Notes: generated from the sequence alone by a model not told the origin. Positions 8,806 through 19,442 are shown, numbered from the stretch's first letter. The stretch: DNA of 32,743 nt from Candidatus Aenigmatarchaeota archaeon (GCA_023137195.1 JAGLPV010000042.1:1-32743); one strand, 5' to 3'. A program made the numbers and translations.

Positions 8806-10118
8806 TATCACTTTTATGGAAATTATTTTATTTCTTGAGAGATTTTTTCTCTTATTTTTTTAGTGCCTATGCTGAGTAAAGGTAATAAAATTATCAAAGA
8901 ACATATTACAATGAGAATTGAAATTAAATAAAGAGTTACAATTTCTAATTTAAATATTTGTGATAGAAGCAAAGCACTTAACACCCCCATACTTTGAACC
9001 ATCCAAAATAAAGCAGTCAAAAACTCAAGATTATATTCTGTAGTTACATCTCCGACCAAAGCATAAGTTATCGGTTTTATAATTGCCCAATTTAATGCAA
9101 GTAAAACAATACCTGAAATTAAAAATATGGTCTTTGATGAAAGAGATAAAAATACGAGGCCAATTAAAAGCAAAATATATGAAAAAATAATCATAATTCT
9201 CCTCCCTTTTATATCTGATAATTTTCCAAAATAATAGGAAAGAAAAAGGGGCAGAATATAGAATAAAGAAGATAGAACTCCAATATATGATATGCCAAGG
9301 ACATTTTTAATTTCAAGTGGGATTACACCAATCACAAGACCATAAACAAAAGTAGTAGCAAACCAAAGACTAGATAATTTCAATGCGGTTGTACTTGTAA
9401 TAGACTTTTTAATAAGTCTGAAATGGTTTATTTCTTGTTTTGCTTTTAAATCTCTCAACCCGAATAATAATAGAAAACCGAGTATGGGAAAAATAGAAAA
9501 AATTATAAAAGAGGCATTGAACAGAAAAACCGAGATAAAAACACCCAAAATAAAAACACCCAATGCAGAACCCAAAGATTGGAAAGAAGCAAAAAATCCT
9601 GAGTTTGTTCCATAGCAACTCTTATCACTCGCCCTTATCAAATAACTATTCTGTCCTGTCCAAAGTAAAGAGGCGGCAATACCAAGTAAAGAAGAACTAA
9701 AGTAAATCAAAACAGTAGATTTGCTCAATAATGAAAGGATAAATATCGAATAAAATACTGAAGATATAATCATACATCTCTTTGCTCCATATTTTGAAAC
9801 AAATAACGCAGATAGAGGATAAAACAAAATAAAAAACAGATAAATTAAAATTAAAGATTGAAAACCCAAATCAATTGCTCCGATATCAGAAAAGAATGTT
9901 GTAATATATTGTTGCACACCATTAAAACCAAGAAATATTAAAAGGAAGCTCAAACTTAATAATTTAACTTCTTTACTTATAGAAAATTTCATATTCATAA
10001 TTAAGATATTGATATTTTATATAATTTTCTAAATACCGCCGCCGTAGCCTGATTGAATATATTTGGTGTCCTGAGAAGTTTTTTCTGAAAAAAAATTTGG
10101 CGCAGCCTCTGGACATAA
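8677..10118 (-). mobile_element. Putative gene cassette A carrying the MFS gene
   Basis: The gene is followed by the hairpin site at 8666-8805. The cassette start on the minus strand, TTATGTCCAGA (10118-10108), matches the inner arm TTATGTTCTCA (8746-8756) at 8/11 positions. Confidence 0.55.
8823..9998 (-). CDS. MFS transporter (UNC-93-like)
   Basis: About 12 TM segments, MFS motif A-like GKLSDIKGRR, and LLWTGQNSY. Confidence 0.85.
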   Translation of the reverse strand: MNMKFSISKEVKLLSLSFLLIFLGFNGVQQYITTFFSDIGAIDLGFQSLILIYLFFILFYPLSALFVSKYGAKRCMIISSVFYSIFILSLLSKSTVLIYFSSSLLGIAASLLWTGQNSYLIRASDKSCYGTNSGFFASFQSLGSALGVFILGVFISVFLFNASFIIFSIFPILGFLLLFGLRDLKAKQEINHFRLIKKSITSTTALKLSSLWFATTFVYGLVIGVIPLEIKNVLGISYIGVLSSLFYILPLFLSYYFGKLSDIKGRRIMIIFSYILLLIGLVFLSLSSKTIFLISGIVLLALNWAIIKPITYALVGDVTTEYNLEFLTALFWMVQSMGVLSALLLSQIFKLEIVTLYLISILIVICSLIILLPLLSIGTKKIREKISQEIK

Positions 10119-10199
10119 TAGTATTATTACTTAAGTCATGATACCACACCAATACAGCACATTACACCAACATTTAATTACAATACACCAAACTAATTT

Positions 10200-10874
10200 T
10201 CACTTAATAAACCCCAAACATTTATCAATCCGTGAAGTCTCCGGACCGGTAGTCCTCCCGCCGGCAATATACATATTTGAATTTGCAACAAGACCAGCCT
10301 TCAAAAAAATACTCCCAAAATTCACACTCCCATAATCTCCTTTCAACCCGGATTCTTCCTCTACAAATTTAATATATTTTTCCTCTACATCATTAGAGCA
10401 CAAAAACCCTTTATTCGTAAGCACAAAAAACACAGCAGGAAGAACCCTGTCCTCAATATCAAGAACATATATTTTTGTCCCGAGAGCTTTCCCTATTTCA
10501 TTTTTTTTAGACTCCAAAACAGGACTAATAAACGTCACCTTATCATTAGTAAGTATCAGATTCCCAAGAGCATTTTCTTTAGTATAAAGAACATGAAGTT
10601 TTACGCCATCCGGCAGGTTCAATTTCAAATTATCTATTTCCTCATCCTCCATACCAGACGGAACAAGCAGACACTTAGAATTCCCTGCAAAAAAAAGCCC
10701 AATCAATGAAGTTTCATAAACACGTGAAAAAACTCTTTTTACTCCCAGCGATGAAACATCTATAGAATCATCCGGAACAATAACATATTTGTCTGTTGCA
10801 GTCAAAAACAGCCCGATATTTTCATTTCCCTGGTAAAATTCCGTATGCAGTGACGAAGAGTATTTTGCTTTCAT
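10200..10874 (-). CDS. eif6: Translation initiation factor aIF6
   Basis: Motifs NIGLF, LIGLFFAGNS, ALGNLILTND, GSVNFGS, GLVANS and TTGPE. Confidence 0.9.
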   Translation of the reverse strand: MKAKYSSSLHTEFYQGNENIGLFLTATDKYVIVPDDSIDVSSLGVKRVFSRVYETSLIGLFFAGNSKCLLVPSGMEDEEIDNLKLNLPDGVKLHVLYTKENALGNLILTNDKVTFISPVLESKKNEIGKALGTKIYVLDIEDRVLPAVFFVLTNKGFLCSNDVEEKYIKFVEEESGLKGDYGSVNFGSIFLKAGLVANSNMYIAGGRTTGPETSRIDKCLGFIK

Positions 10875-10991
10875 ATATTAAAAACAATTTGTTTTTTAAA
10901 TAATTATCTCATTTAGCAGTATATAAACCCCAAGAAAAAGGAAATAGATAAACCCGTGAGTTCTTTAAGTCCCATTCTTCCACCAAGAGAA

Positions 10992-11150
10992 TAATCTCGT
11001 AGTTATCCACAAGATTCTGGCGATTAACACAAGATTAAAATAAAAATAAAATCTCGTGAAAATCTGTGTAATCTGTGGATTAAACAAGTTCCCGTGTCTT
11101 CCCGTGCGTTCCGTGGATTAAACTAACTTTCCCATGTTTCCGTGGATAAA
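10992..11150 (+). repeat. Intergenic palindromic repeat family, copy 2 (longest)
   Basis: ATCCACAAGATT..TTAACACAAGATT, an A-rich loop, AATCTCGTGAAAATCTGTGTAATCTGTGGATTAAA, then two TTCCGTGGAT(T/A)AAA modules. Confidence 0.88.
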
Positions 11151-11217
11151 AAGAAAGAAAGCAAAAATATATAATATTCCAATCAAGAAATATATACTTT
11201 ATTTATAGGGGTATATT

Positions 11218-12468
11218 ATGGATACAAAAAAAAAAATTGATGAAATAAAAGAACTGTTAGGTGAACACAACATTTGGAGAAAAGAGGAATGTTTGAATTT
11301 AATCGCTTCGGAAAACACAACATCTCCCTCCGCGGACAATGTAGCAGTATCAGATTTATCTCACCGCTATGCAGAAGGAAAACCCCATCAAAGACACTAC
11401 CAGGGACTAAAATACGTAGATGATATAGAGGTCCTAACACAGGAACTCATGAAAGAAGTTTTCAAGGCAAAAAGGGTAGATTTGCGTATTTTAAGCGGAA
11501 CGCTCGCAAATGCCGTAGTATACAAAGGTCTCTTAAATCATGGAGACAACATAATTTCAAGTGCCATTCCAAACGGCGGTCACGTCTCCCACACAAGGCA
11601 CGGGATATGCAGTATAATGGGATTGACAGATTTTTCCTTCCCGTTCGACAATTACGAGATGAATATCGATGTTGACGAATCAATAAAAAAAATAGATGAA
11701 AAAGACCCGAAAATGCTATTGTTCGGAGCTTCATTGTTCTTATTCCCCCATCCCGTAAAAGAACTCGTCGATGCCGCAAAAGAACACGATGCTTACATAA
11801 TGTATGATGCCGCCCACGTGCTGGGCTTAATCGCAGGAGGGCAGTTCCAGGACCCATTAAGAGAAGGAGCAGACATAATGAGCGCATCAACACACAAAAC
11901 ATTTTTCGGTCCCCAGGGAGGCATTGTTTTTGGAGGAGAATCCATAGATGACGAAGAATGGAAAAATATAGAAAACGCAATTTTCCCATGCTTCATATGC
12001 AATCACCATCTTCACCGCCTGCCCGTTCTTGCCCAGGCAGCTTATGAATTCACGCAATATGGAGAGGATTACGCAAAGCAGACAATAAAAAACGCAAAAA
12101 CCCTTGGAGAAGAATTATACTCTCTCGGGCTGGACTGCATGGCAGAACACAAGGGCTTTACAGAGAGCCACCAGGTAGTTGTAAATGTAGAAAAAAACGG
12201 CGGCGGAAAACACGTTGCAGAAACATTAGAAAAAAACAACATCATCCTGAACAAGAACTTCATCCCCGGCGAAAAAGTAACAAAAGAAAACATGAACAAC
12301 CCCAATGGCATAAGAATCGGCGTTCAGGAAATGACAAGATGCAAAATGAAAACCGACGAGATGAAGCAGATTGCAGAACTGATAAAAAAAGTGGTTGTTG
12401 ACAAAAAGGATATAACAGAAGAAGTCAAAGAATTCAGGAAAAATTATACAGAAACAGGGTTTTGCTAA
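11218..12468 (+). CDS. glyA: Serine hydroxymethyltransferase (archaeal type)
   Basis: Motifs LIASEN, RYAEG, GGHVSH, YDAAHVLGLIAG, and the PLP lysine motif STHKTFFGPQGG. Confidence 0.96.
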   Translation: MDTKKKIDEIKELLGEHNIWRKEECLNLIASENTTSPSADNVAVSDLSHRYAEGKPHQRHYQGLKYVDDIEVLTQELMKEVFKAKRVDLRILSGTLANAVVYKGLLNHGDNIISSAIPNGGHVSHTRHGICSIMGLTDFSFPFDNYEMNIDVDESIKKIDEKDPKMLLFGASLFLFPHPVKELVDAAKEHDAYIMYDAAHVLGLIAGGQFQDPLREGADIMSASTHKTFFGPQGGIVFGGESIDDEEWKNIENAIFPCFICNHHLHRLPVLAQAAYEFTQYGEDYAKQTIKNAKTLGEELYSLGLDCMAEHKGFTESHQVVVNVEKNGGGKHVAETLEKNNIILNKNFIPGEKVTKENMNNPNGIRIGVQEMTRCKMKTDEMKQIAELIKKVVVDKKDITEEVKEFRKNYTETGFC

Positions 12469-12558
12469 GACATTAAGGCAATGAAGACTATTTGCAAACA
12501 CGTAAGCAAAAAACATATAAAGATAAGAAGATTATAATAAATATAATAAAAAAACATT

Positions 12559-13413
12559 ATGAAAATAATTGAGTTGTTGAAAAAACACAAAAGACGAGTC
12601 TTGTGGTCTCTGTTGTTGATACCTTTGAGCGGAATATTAAGTACTGTTTTGTATATTACAAGTTTTTCAATTTTTGAATTTAAAAAGGATTATTTCTTGT
12701 ATCTATTTATTCTGTTTATATCAGTTAATTATGGACTAACTTTATTAATAGATAAAATCAGTTCTTTTTTTGAAAGAAAAGGTTATAAAAAGATCCATAT
12801 AGTTATAGTAATTGCTCTGATTACAGTTGGTACATATGCTAGTGCTATTGTTATAATAATTAGTGATGTTCATTGTAGTGACGAAAAACCCGCAATATAC
12901 CTTTACCCAGAATCAGATTCTATGATCAGCGTCAAACTAGACATAAATGGAAAAATCATCAAAGATATCCCTCCATACAATAACGGATGGCACGTGTTTG
13001 CAACAAAGGACGGATTGATTGACGGACAATACGACTACCTGTTCTATGAAACAATTCAAAACAAGAAAGTAAAGCTAAATGATAAAGGCTGGATTGTCAA
13101 ATATCCCGAACTAGAAGAATGGTATGATATCACTTTACCTAAGCTTGGATTAAATGAAAAAGAAACAGACCAGTTTAAAGAATACTGGCTGGAGAGACTA
13201 CCGGAAGAAAATTATTATGAAATCAGACTGGTCGGGGAAAAATATCTGGAAGAGAATATCAAGCTTTTAATCAAACCTAAACCAGATACACTTATCAGAC
13301 TAACATTTTATTTTAAAGCAGTTGATGAACCAACCAATTTAGAAGAACCTCAAATTAAAACACCTGTAAGAAACGGTTTCACAGTTGTTGAATGGGGAGG
13401 AATTTTGGGTTAA
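12559..13413 (+). CDS. Membrane-anchored conserved hypothetical protein
   Basis: Three N-terminal TM segments followed by a soluble domain bounded by KPAIYLYP and VVEWGG. Function unknown. Confidence 0.75.
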   Translation: MKIIELLKKHKRRVLWSLLLIPLSGILSTVLYITSFSIFEFKKDYFLYLFILFISVNYGLTLLIDKISSFFERKGYKKIHIVIVIALITVGTYASAIVIIISDVHCSDEKPAIYLYPESDSMISVKLDINGKIIKDIPPYNNGWHVFATKDGLIDGQYDYLFYETIQNKKVKLNDKGWIVKYPELEEWYDITLPKLGLNEKETDQFKEYWLERLPEENYYEIRLVGEKYLEENIKLLIKPKPDTLIRLTFYFKAVDEPTNLEEPQIKTPVRNGFTVVEWGGILG

Positions 13414-13470
13414 AGAATATTAAGCGAATTTTTTTATGTGTCTAATCCAAAATTAAATTAACTAATGGTT

Positions 13471-14448
13471 TCACAATGCCGCCCCTTTATGCGAAATCCC
13501 CTTGTAAGTATCCACATCCATCAAAACCCTTTGGATTGAAGCCACAGTTTTATTCTTAACTTTAATCAAATCATCAGAATCAAGAAACGACTCACCAATT
13601 GCAACAAATTCCCCCTTCACACTCAAAATAGCAACATAATCTCCCTTTTTTATATCATCTGTAAATTTTACAACAGCAGGAGGATATAATGGAACCCCAT
13701 TGCATATACTGTAAATCGCCTTATCTCCCACAACAATCTTAGGTGTGTTCTTCAAGCCGTCTTCCATAGGCAGTATTATTTTTCTCAAATCCTTTTCATC
13801 TTTTGTTTTAATGTAATTTTGATATATTTTGTTTATTTCATCAAGGCAAAAAGAATCTTTCAACTCAAACGGTCCGGCTCTCGTTCGTATAAGTTTCCCC
13901 ATATTCGCCCCGCACCCGATTTGTTCTCCAACATCAGAACACAATTTTCTCATGTAAAAACCAGCTTCCACAGAAGCTCTGAAAAGCACATCCTTTTTTT
14001 TAATTTCAATAATTTTTATATTGTACACCCATCTATTTCTCCACTCTCTCTTTACTGCGCTTTTTACCGGCGGCATCTGCCTGACAACACCGACAAAATC
14101 AAGCAGGGCATTTTTTATCACCCTTTCGTTCTCTTCCTGGTGCAGGTGCATGACACAGACATATTGCTTTCCCTGCTTAGAGATAAGAGAAACCATTTTT
14201 GTAGCATTGTTCAGGGTTACCGGGAGAACCCCGCATACAATGGGATCTAATGTACCACTATGCCCTGCCTTTTCAACATTAAGAACCTTTTTCGTCAAAT
14301 CAACAATATCATGAGAAGTAGGACCATTGTGCTTGTTTACAACAACAATCCCGTTTTCAAGCAAATCTTCAATTTTCCTTTTATGAGGAAGACAGCCATA
14401 TTTCCAGTTCGTCTCTTCATTGGGTTTCTTTATAATCCATTTTTGCAT
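13471..14448 (-). CDS. cbf5: H/ACA pseudouridine synthase Cbf5
   Basis: Motifs GPTSH, GHSGTLDP, QMPPVKSAVKR and LIRTRAGPF, with a C-terminal PUA domain. Confidence 0.95.
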   Translation of the reverse strand: MQKWIIKKPNEETNWKYGCLPHKRKIEDLLENGIVVVNKHNGPTSHDIVDLTKKVLNVEKAGHSGTLDPIVCGVLPVTLNNATKMVSLISKQGKQYVCVMHLHQEENERVIKNALLDFVGVVRQMPPVKSAVKREWRNRWVYNIKIIEIKKKDVLFRASVEAGFYMRKLCSDVGEQIGCGANMGKLIRTRAGPFELKDSFCLDEINKIYQNYIKTKDEKDLRKIILPMEDGLKNTPKIVVGDKAIYSICNGVPLYPPAVVKFTDDIKKGDYVAILSVKGEFVAIGESFLDSDDLIKVKNKTVASIQRVLMDVDTYKGISHKGAAL

Positions 14449-14471
14449 AAAAAAATATGAGTTAAACGTTT

Positions 14472-16343
14472 TTAAATAAGTCTTACAGCATCAAGGTTTT
14501 TTGGGACAGAAGTTTCCACATTGTATTCCTTATGCACAAAAGAAGACAGATTGATGCTTTTCCCTCTCTCCCCATGGTTGAACATTATCTTTTTCGGGTT
14601 TGCAGTCAATTTTTCAATATACCTGCAAAGACCATTCCTGTCTGCATGACCGGAAATTCCTCTTATAGTAACTACATCCATTTTTATAGGAGTATATTTC
14701 ATATTTCCTCCCTTATCTTCCATAGGTATTTCAGAAAGCCCGCTCTGTATCTTGTTTCCAAGTGTTCCATCTGCCTGGTATCCGACAAATGCAAGAGTGT
14801 GCCTTTCATCGTCCATCATGTTCCTCAGATATTCCATTATGGGTCCCCCGTTCACCATACCCGAAGTTGCAATTATTACAGACGAACCGCCTTCATTTAT
14901 GACATCTTCTCTCTGGTTTCTTGTCTGCACTTTGCGGAACATCTCGTGTTCAAAAGGAGTGGAATTTTTAAACATTTTTTCCTGGAGTTTCTTTGACAAA
15001 AATTCAGGATAGGTAATGTGTATTTTTGTAACATCCCATATCATCCCGTCAAGATATACAGGAATGTCTATTTTTGCTTTAGGCAGAATTTTTGTCAGAA
15101 TAAGCATGATTTCCTGGGCCCGCCCCACGGCAAATGAAGGGATTACCACTTTACCTTTTTTCTTTATTGTTTCCTTTATTACATGCAGGAGGTTTTCTTC
15201 GGCATTTTCTTTAGGAGGGGTTTCATCCTGCCTTCCGCCATAAGTACTTTCCACAATCATAGTTTCTACCCTGTTGAAATGCGTATGCGCAGGGTCAAAC
15301 ATCCACGAAGTCATATTTATATCCCCTGTATAGAGTATATTGTATAGTCCTTCTCCTATATGTACATGGGTCTGCGATGAACCCAAAATATGACCTGCGT
15401 TTTGAAGAACAATACGCATATCTCCTGTTATATCACATACCTCATCATACTCCAATGTAATAGAGTGTTTTATCTGTTCCCTGATACTCTTTGTTGAATA
15501 AAATGGTTTTCCTTCTTTTTTCTGTATATCAAACATATCCAACTGCAACAGCGTCATGATGTCCCTTGTCGGAAGGGTTGAATAGACAGGACCCTTATAC
15601 CCGTATTCATACAGGTATGGCACAAAACCACTGTGATCTATGTGTGCATGAGATACAACAACAGCATCAAGCGTATCTATGTCAAATTCAGGAGCATCAA
15701 TAAATGGGTTGACCTCTTCTGTAGATTGCCCTACCCCGCAGTCAAAAAGCACACGAGACTCCTTTGTCTGCAAAAACAGGCACGACCTTCCAACTTCTCT
15801 TGAACCTCCAAGAAATGACATCCTAACCCATTCTTTTTTAGGTCCCTTGTTCAGCTGTATTTTTTTGCCTATGTCATTTAAAAATTTATACCTGTATTTT
15901 GCCTCCTCGTGAACAATATCTCTTGCCCGGTTTACAATAACAGATGCGTCTTTTGTAACTCTCTGGACATAAGGCATCCAGAAGATTGTTTTTTTTATTT
16001 TTTTGAACACATCCCCGGACTTTCCAATAATCAACCCTGGTTTTTGGGCGCGGATTATTATTTTTCCGAATTCAGGCTCAAAAAGAATATCCTCAACACC
16101 GGCATCTTTTGGAAGTATTTTTTTAAGATGCTCCCTTGCCTGTTTTTCCGGGCACATTATCAACTCATCAGGCATTATAATTATTCTTTTCCTGATTTTT
16201 GAAATAAGTTCCTTTAGTTTAGCCCCCCCTTCAAGGAAAAAATTCTTGTTTTTCGTGTACAGGACAACATCAGCCCCCTCGAAAGCAAACTTCGTAATCA
16301 TCGCATCCGATGGCAAATGCTCCAGTAATTCATTTTTGTCCAT
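14472..16343 (-). CDS. fttA: aCPSF1/FttA beta-CASP ribonuclease with KH domains
   Basis: N-terminal KH region (KPGLIIGK), plus LGGSREVGRSC, SHAHIDH, AGHILGS, ESTYG, FAVGRAQE, SGHAD and NHGE. Confidence 0.94.
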   Translation of the reverse strand: MDKNELLEHLPSDAMITKFAFEGADVVLYTKNKNFFLEGGAKLKELISKIRKRIIIMPDELIMCPEKQAREHLKKILPKDAGVEDILFEPEFGKIIIRAQKPGLIIGKSGDVFKKIKKTIFWMPYVQRVTKDASVIVNRARDIVHEEAKYRYKFLNDIGKKIQLNKGPKKEWVRMSFLGGSREVGRSCLFLQTKESRVLFDCGVGQSTEEVNPFIDAPEFDIDTLDAVVVSHAHIDHSGFVPYLYEYGYKGPVYSTLPTRDIMTLLQLDMFDIQKKEGKPFYSTKSIREQIKHSITLEYDEVCDITGDMRIVLQNAGHILGSSQTHVHIGEGLYNILYTGDINMTSWMFDPAHTHFNRVETMIVESTYGGRQDETPPKENAEENLLHVIKETIKKKGKVVIPSFAVGRAQEIMLILTKILPKAKIDIPVYLDGMIWDVTKIHITYPEFLSKKLQEKMFKNSTPFEHEMFRKVQTRNQREDVINEGGSSVIIATSGMVNGGPIMEYLRNMMDDERHTLAFVGYQADGTLGNKIQSGLSEIPMEDKGGNMKYTPIKMDVVTIRGISGHADRNGLCRYIEKLTANPKKIMFNHGERGKSINLSSFVHKEYNVETSVPKNLDAVRLI

Positions 16344-16501
16344 AGTTTTCTTTTCTTGCTTTTTTTTGATTTGAATAAACTTTATTTGTTATTTTAGAAT
16401 GTATTTACAATTCTTTTCTCATATACATTAAAATTAATTTAACGGAATAATAGTTATATTTATACGATATTTTTATAAGTATTATCTTATTAACCATATA
16501 T

Positions 16502-18649
16502 ATGAAGACAAAAACGATTTTTACGTTTCTTATTGTAGCGATTCTTGTTTTTCCCGGGTGTGTTCAACAAACAGACAACAATACCAATACACCGGACAAT
16601 TCCTATGACCTGCAACAACCAACAGGCGACCTGAAAAAATTCTCATCAGTTGCCGCCATAAAGGAGTTTCTGGAAACTTCCACCCAGTCTGCATCTTACG
16701 AAACTTACAGCAGAGGTACATGGGCTATGGAAAAAGGAGGAATGAGGCTGGACTCCATAGACATGGATTTTGCCGCTGAAAGCATATCAAATGCCATTGG
16801 CGCACCAACAGACAGCGCAACAGAATACTCCACAACCAACATCCAGGTAAAAGGCGTAGATGAGCCGGATTTTATAAAAAACGACAACAAATATATTTAC
16901 ATTATTTCAGGAGAAAAACTCGTAATCGCAGATGCATACCCTCCGGGAGAAGCAAAAATAATTTCAGAGACTCTTGTAGACGGCACCGCGGAAAACATAT
17001 TTATCAACAAAGACAGGCTCGTCGTATTCACCAGGAAATACGATACAGCCTATATTATTGACCAGTACGACTACATTCCAAGGTCAAGATCTGTCCAAAA
17101 GACACATGCTCTGGTATACGACATTTCCGACAAAGAGACCCCGGAACTAATCAAGGATTACAATCTGGACGGTCAGTTTTACCAGGCAAGGATGATAGAC
17201 AAATACATCTATTTCATTGTAAAGGAAAACACATATTATTATACTGATTTTATTAATGTCCCAATACTAAGAGAGCAGACAACTAAACTTATAACACCGG
17301 ACATATATTATTTTGACGACTGTTTTGAAGACAACTACGTATTCAACACAATCGCTTCATTCAATATATTTGACAATACAGATTCAATCAATGCAAAGAC
17401 ATTCTTGCTTGGCAATACCAACAATCTGTATGTATCAAAAGACAATATTTACATAACATACCGTAAGAACATGCCGTACAATTATCACAGGCATTCCAAA
17501 AAAGAAGCATTCTTCAAAGTCGTTGTGCCTCTTCTGCCAAAAAACATACAGGACGAAATAAACACAATAAACAACAAAGACGACCTTGACGACTATGAAA
17601 AATGGCAGGCAATATCAGAAAAACTACAGGATATGTACAATGAAATGGAAGACGAGAGCCAAAAATCCGCCATTGTAAAGGAAATAGAGGAAGCCCTTTT
17701 GGAATACGAGACAAAGCAGGAGGAAGAGCGGCAAAAAACAATCATCCATAAAATAAGTATAGACAAGGGAGAAATAACATACAAAACCAAAGGAGAAATC
17801 CCCGGAACTTTGCTCAACCAGTTTTCAATGGACGAGTACGATGAAAATTTCAGGACTGCAACCACCACCACTTTATGGATAAGAAACAAGGGGCAAGTAC
17901 AGTACAATAATGTCTATGTGCTTGACAAGGACATGAAAATTATAGGGGAAATAACTAATATCGCGCCGGACGAGAAAATATATTCCTGCCGTTTCATCGG
18001 AGACCGCCTGTACATGGTTACATTCAAAAGAATAGACCCTTTCTTTGTCATAGACCTCTCTGAACCAAAAAATCCAAAAATTTTAGGAGAGTTAAAAATC
18101 CCGGGTTATTCAGACTACCTCCACCCTTATGACGACAACCACATAATTGGCATAGGAAAAGAGACAGACACAAACCAATGGGGCGGAACATCCATAAAAG
18201 GCGTAAAAATAGCCCTTTTTGATGTATCTGATGTAGAAAACCCAAAACAGATAGACATGTATGAAATAGGAACTTCCGGCACTGACTCAGAGGCATTAAG
18301 AGACCACAAAGCATTTTTATTCGATAAAGGCAAAGACATTCTTGTTATGCCCATAACAGAAGTTGAGGGCGATGGCTACAGGAACAGAAACTATTGGTAT
18401 GGCGCTTATGTACTGGGGATTAGCCCGGAAGACGGCATAACCAAAAAAGGAAAAATAACGCATTTGGACTACACAGAATCCAAATACTACAATTACTATT
18501 CTCCATACAATGTGCGCAGGTCATTATATATGGACGACTACCTGTATACGATTTCATCAAAGAAAATAAAAATGAACAATATAGAAGATATTGAGGAAGA
18601 ACCCAATGTTATAGATTTGCCGTATAACGACAATAACAGGTATTGGTAG
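16502..18649 (+). CDS. Secreted beta-propeller domain protein (Beta_propel family)
   Basis: Signal peptide ending FPGC, plus YSTTNIQVKGVDEPD, GTLLNQFSMDEY, VTFKRIDP and ELKIPGYSDYLHP. Confidence 0.85.
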   Translation: MKTKTIFTFLIVAILVFPGCVQQTDNNTNTPDNSYDLQQPTGDLKKFSSVAAIKEFLETSTQSASYETYSRGTWAMEKGGMRLDSIDMDFAAESISNAIGAPTDSATEYSTTNIQVKGVDEPDFIKNDNKYIYIISGEKLVIADAYPPGEAKIISETLVDGTAENIFINKDRLVVFTRKYDTAYIIDQYDYIPRSRSVQKTHALVYDISDKETPELIKDYNLDGQFYQARMIDKYIYFIVKENTYYYTDFINVPILREQTTKLITPDIYYFDDCFEDNYVFNTIASFNIFDNTDSINAKTFLLGNTNNLYVSKDNIYITYRKNMPYNYHRHSKKEAFFKVVVPLLPKNIQDEINTINNKDDLDDYEKWQAISEKLQDMYNEMEDESQKSAIVKEIEEALLEYETKQEEERQKTIIHKISIDKGEITYKTKGEIPGTLLNQFSMDEYDENFRTATTTTLWIRNKGQVQYNNVYVLDKDMKIIGEITNIAPDEKIYSCRFIGDRLYMVTFKRIDPFFVIDLSEPKNPKILGELKIPGYSDYLHPYDDNHIIGIGKETDTNQWGGTSIKGVKIALFDVSDVENPKQIDMYEIGTSGTDSEALRDHKAFLFDKGKDILVMPITEVEGDGYRNRNYWYGAYVLGISPEDGITKKGKITHLDYTESKYYNYYSPYNVRRSLYMDDYLYTISSKKIKMNNIEDIEEEPNVIDLPYNDNNRYW

Positions 18650-18656
18650 TTGAAAG

Positions 18657-18730
18657 CGAGACTGGAGGGATTCGAACCCCCGACCTTATGGTCCGAAGCC
18701 ACACGCTCTAATCCACTGAGCCACAGTCCC
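18657..18730 (-). tRNA. tRNA-Arg (anticodon TCG)
   Basis: Minus strand folds as GGGACTG TG GCTC AGTGGATTA GAGC G TGTGG CT-TCG-GA CCATA AGGTC GGGGG TTCGAAT CCCTC CAGTCTC G. No intron and no encoded CCA. Confidence 0.96.
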
Positions 18731-18900
18731 AATTAAACAGGTATTGCAGATTTAAAAAGTTATACAAAACAGATCTCATCATAATCAATAATCAAAAGCC
18801 CACACGTTATTGTTTTTGTAAATCTGTTATGAAAGGACAATCGAAAAGTATATATAGTTATTCTTGTTTTATATAATGTTGATTATTTAAGTGTGATATC

Positions 18901-19434
18901 ATGCCGTCTAAAAAAGAAGAAATAAGATTAGAGAATACCGAAGATGATTATGAAAGAGTACCTGTTTATTCTTCAAGAAGGAGAAGAGCAGATAATAAAA
19001 CCGATGCTCATGAAAGTACAAATTACGCAAAAAAGATAGAATCGTTTACCGACAGAATGTTTGATATTACTGAATTGAATCAAAAAATTATAGATGATGT
19101 TGTTCGATCCAACCAATCCTTAAGAGAAGATCTTGCTGTGCTAATAGGTAAGATGGAAAATCTGACAAAAAAAATGGATGGATTTGTAGATTTGATGAAT
19201 CAGGCAATGGAGATTGACTCAGGTTCCAGCGCAAGCAAGGAAGTGATGGATGCTATTTCAAAGCCAATCGTAGAAAACATGAAAGCTCTTGTATCAAGCA
19301 ATCAGGAGACAAGCGAGACAATCGTACAATCTATGAATGACATGTCAAAAATGCTCAGGAGAATGCAACTTACCCACATATCTCCTCCTGCATCATCAGG
19401 CAGTAGCATTCTGTCAAGAAGAAGGGAATTATAA
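18901..19434 (+). CDS. Hypothetical coiled-coil protein
   Basis: 177-aa ORF with a heptad-like helical pattern and AT-rich TATA-like sequence upstream. Confidence 0.7.
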   Translation: MPSKKEEIRLENTEDDYERVPVYSSRRRRADNKTDAHESTNYAKKIESFTDRMFDITELNQKIIDDVVRSNQSLREDLAVLIGKMENLTKKMDGFVDLMNQAMEIDSGSSASKEVMDAISKPIVENMKALVSSNQETSETIVQSMNDMSKMLRRMQLTHISPPASSGSSILSRRREL

Positions 19435-19442
19435 ACAAAGTG

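Noticed and set aside
8645-8863. 72-aa ORF, and likewise 30882-31091, 30688-30924, 31552-31800 and 24851-25039
   Set aside because: These run across hairpin or repeat DNA and have no recognisable protein features, so they are likely spurious.
11005-11150. CRISPR array
   Set aside because: There is no constant 25-45-nt repeat with unique spacers. The intervening DNA is itself made of repeat units, and no cas genes are present.
12559-13413. Membrane hypothetical gene as another cassette
   Set aside because: The 5' part is AT-rich, but neither flank contains the hairpin site.
18657-18730. tRNA as the integration site of an island
   Set aside because: No duplicate of its 3' end was noticed in the window and there is no adjacent integrase.
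18538-18732. 64-aa minus-strand ORF
   Set aside because: It is a translation of the tRNA-Arg gene and the antisense end of the upstream CDS.
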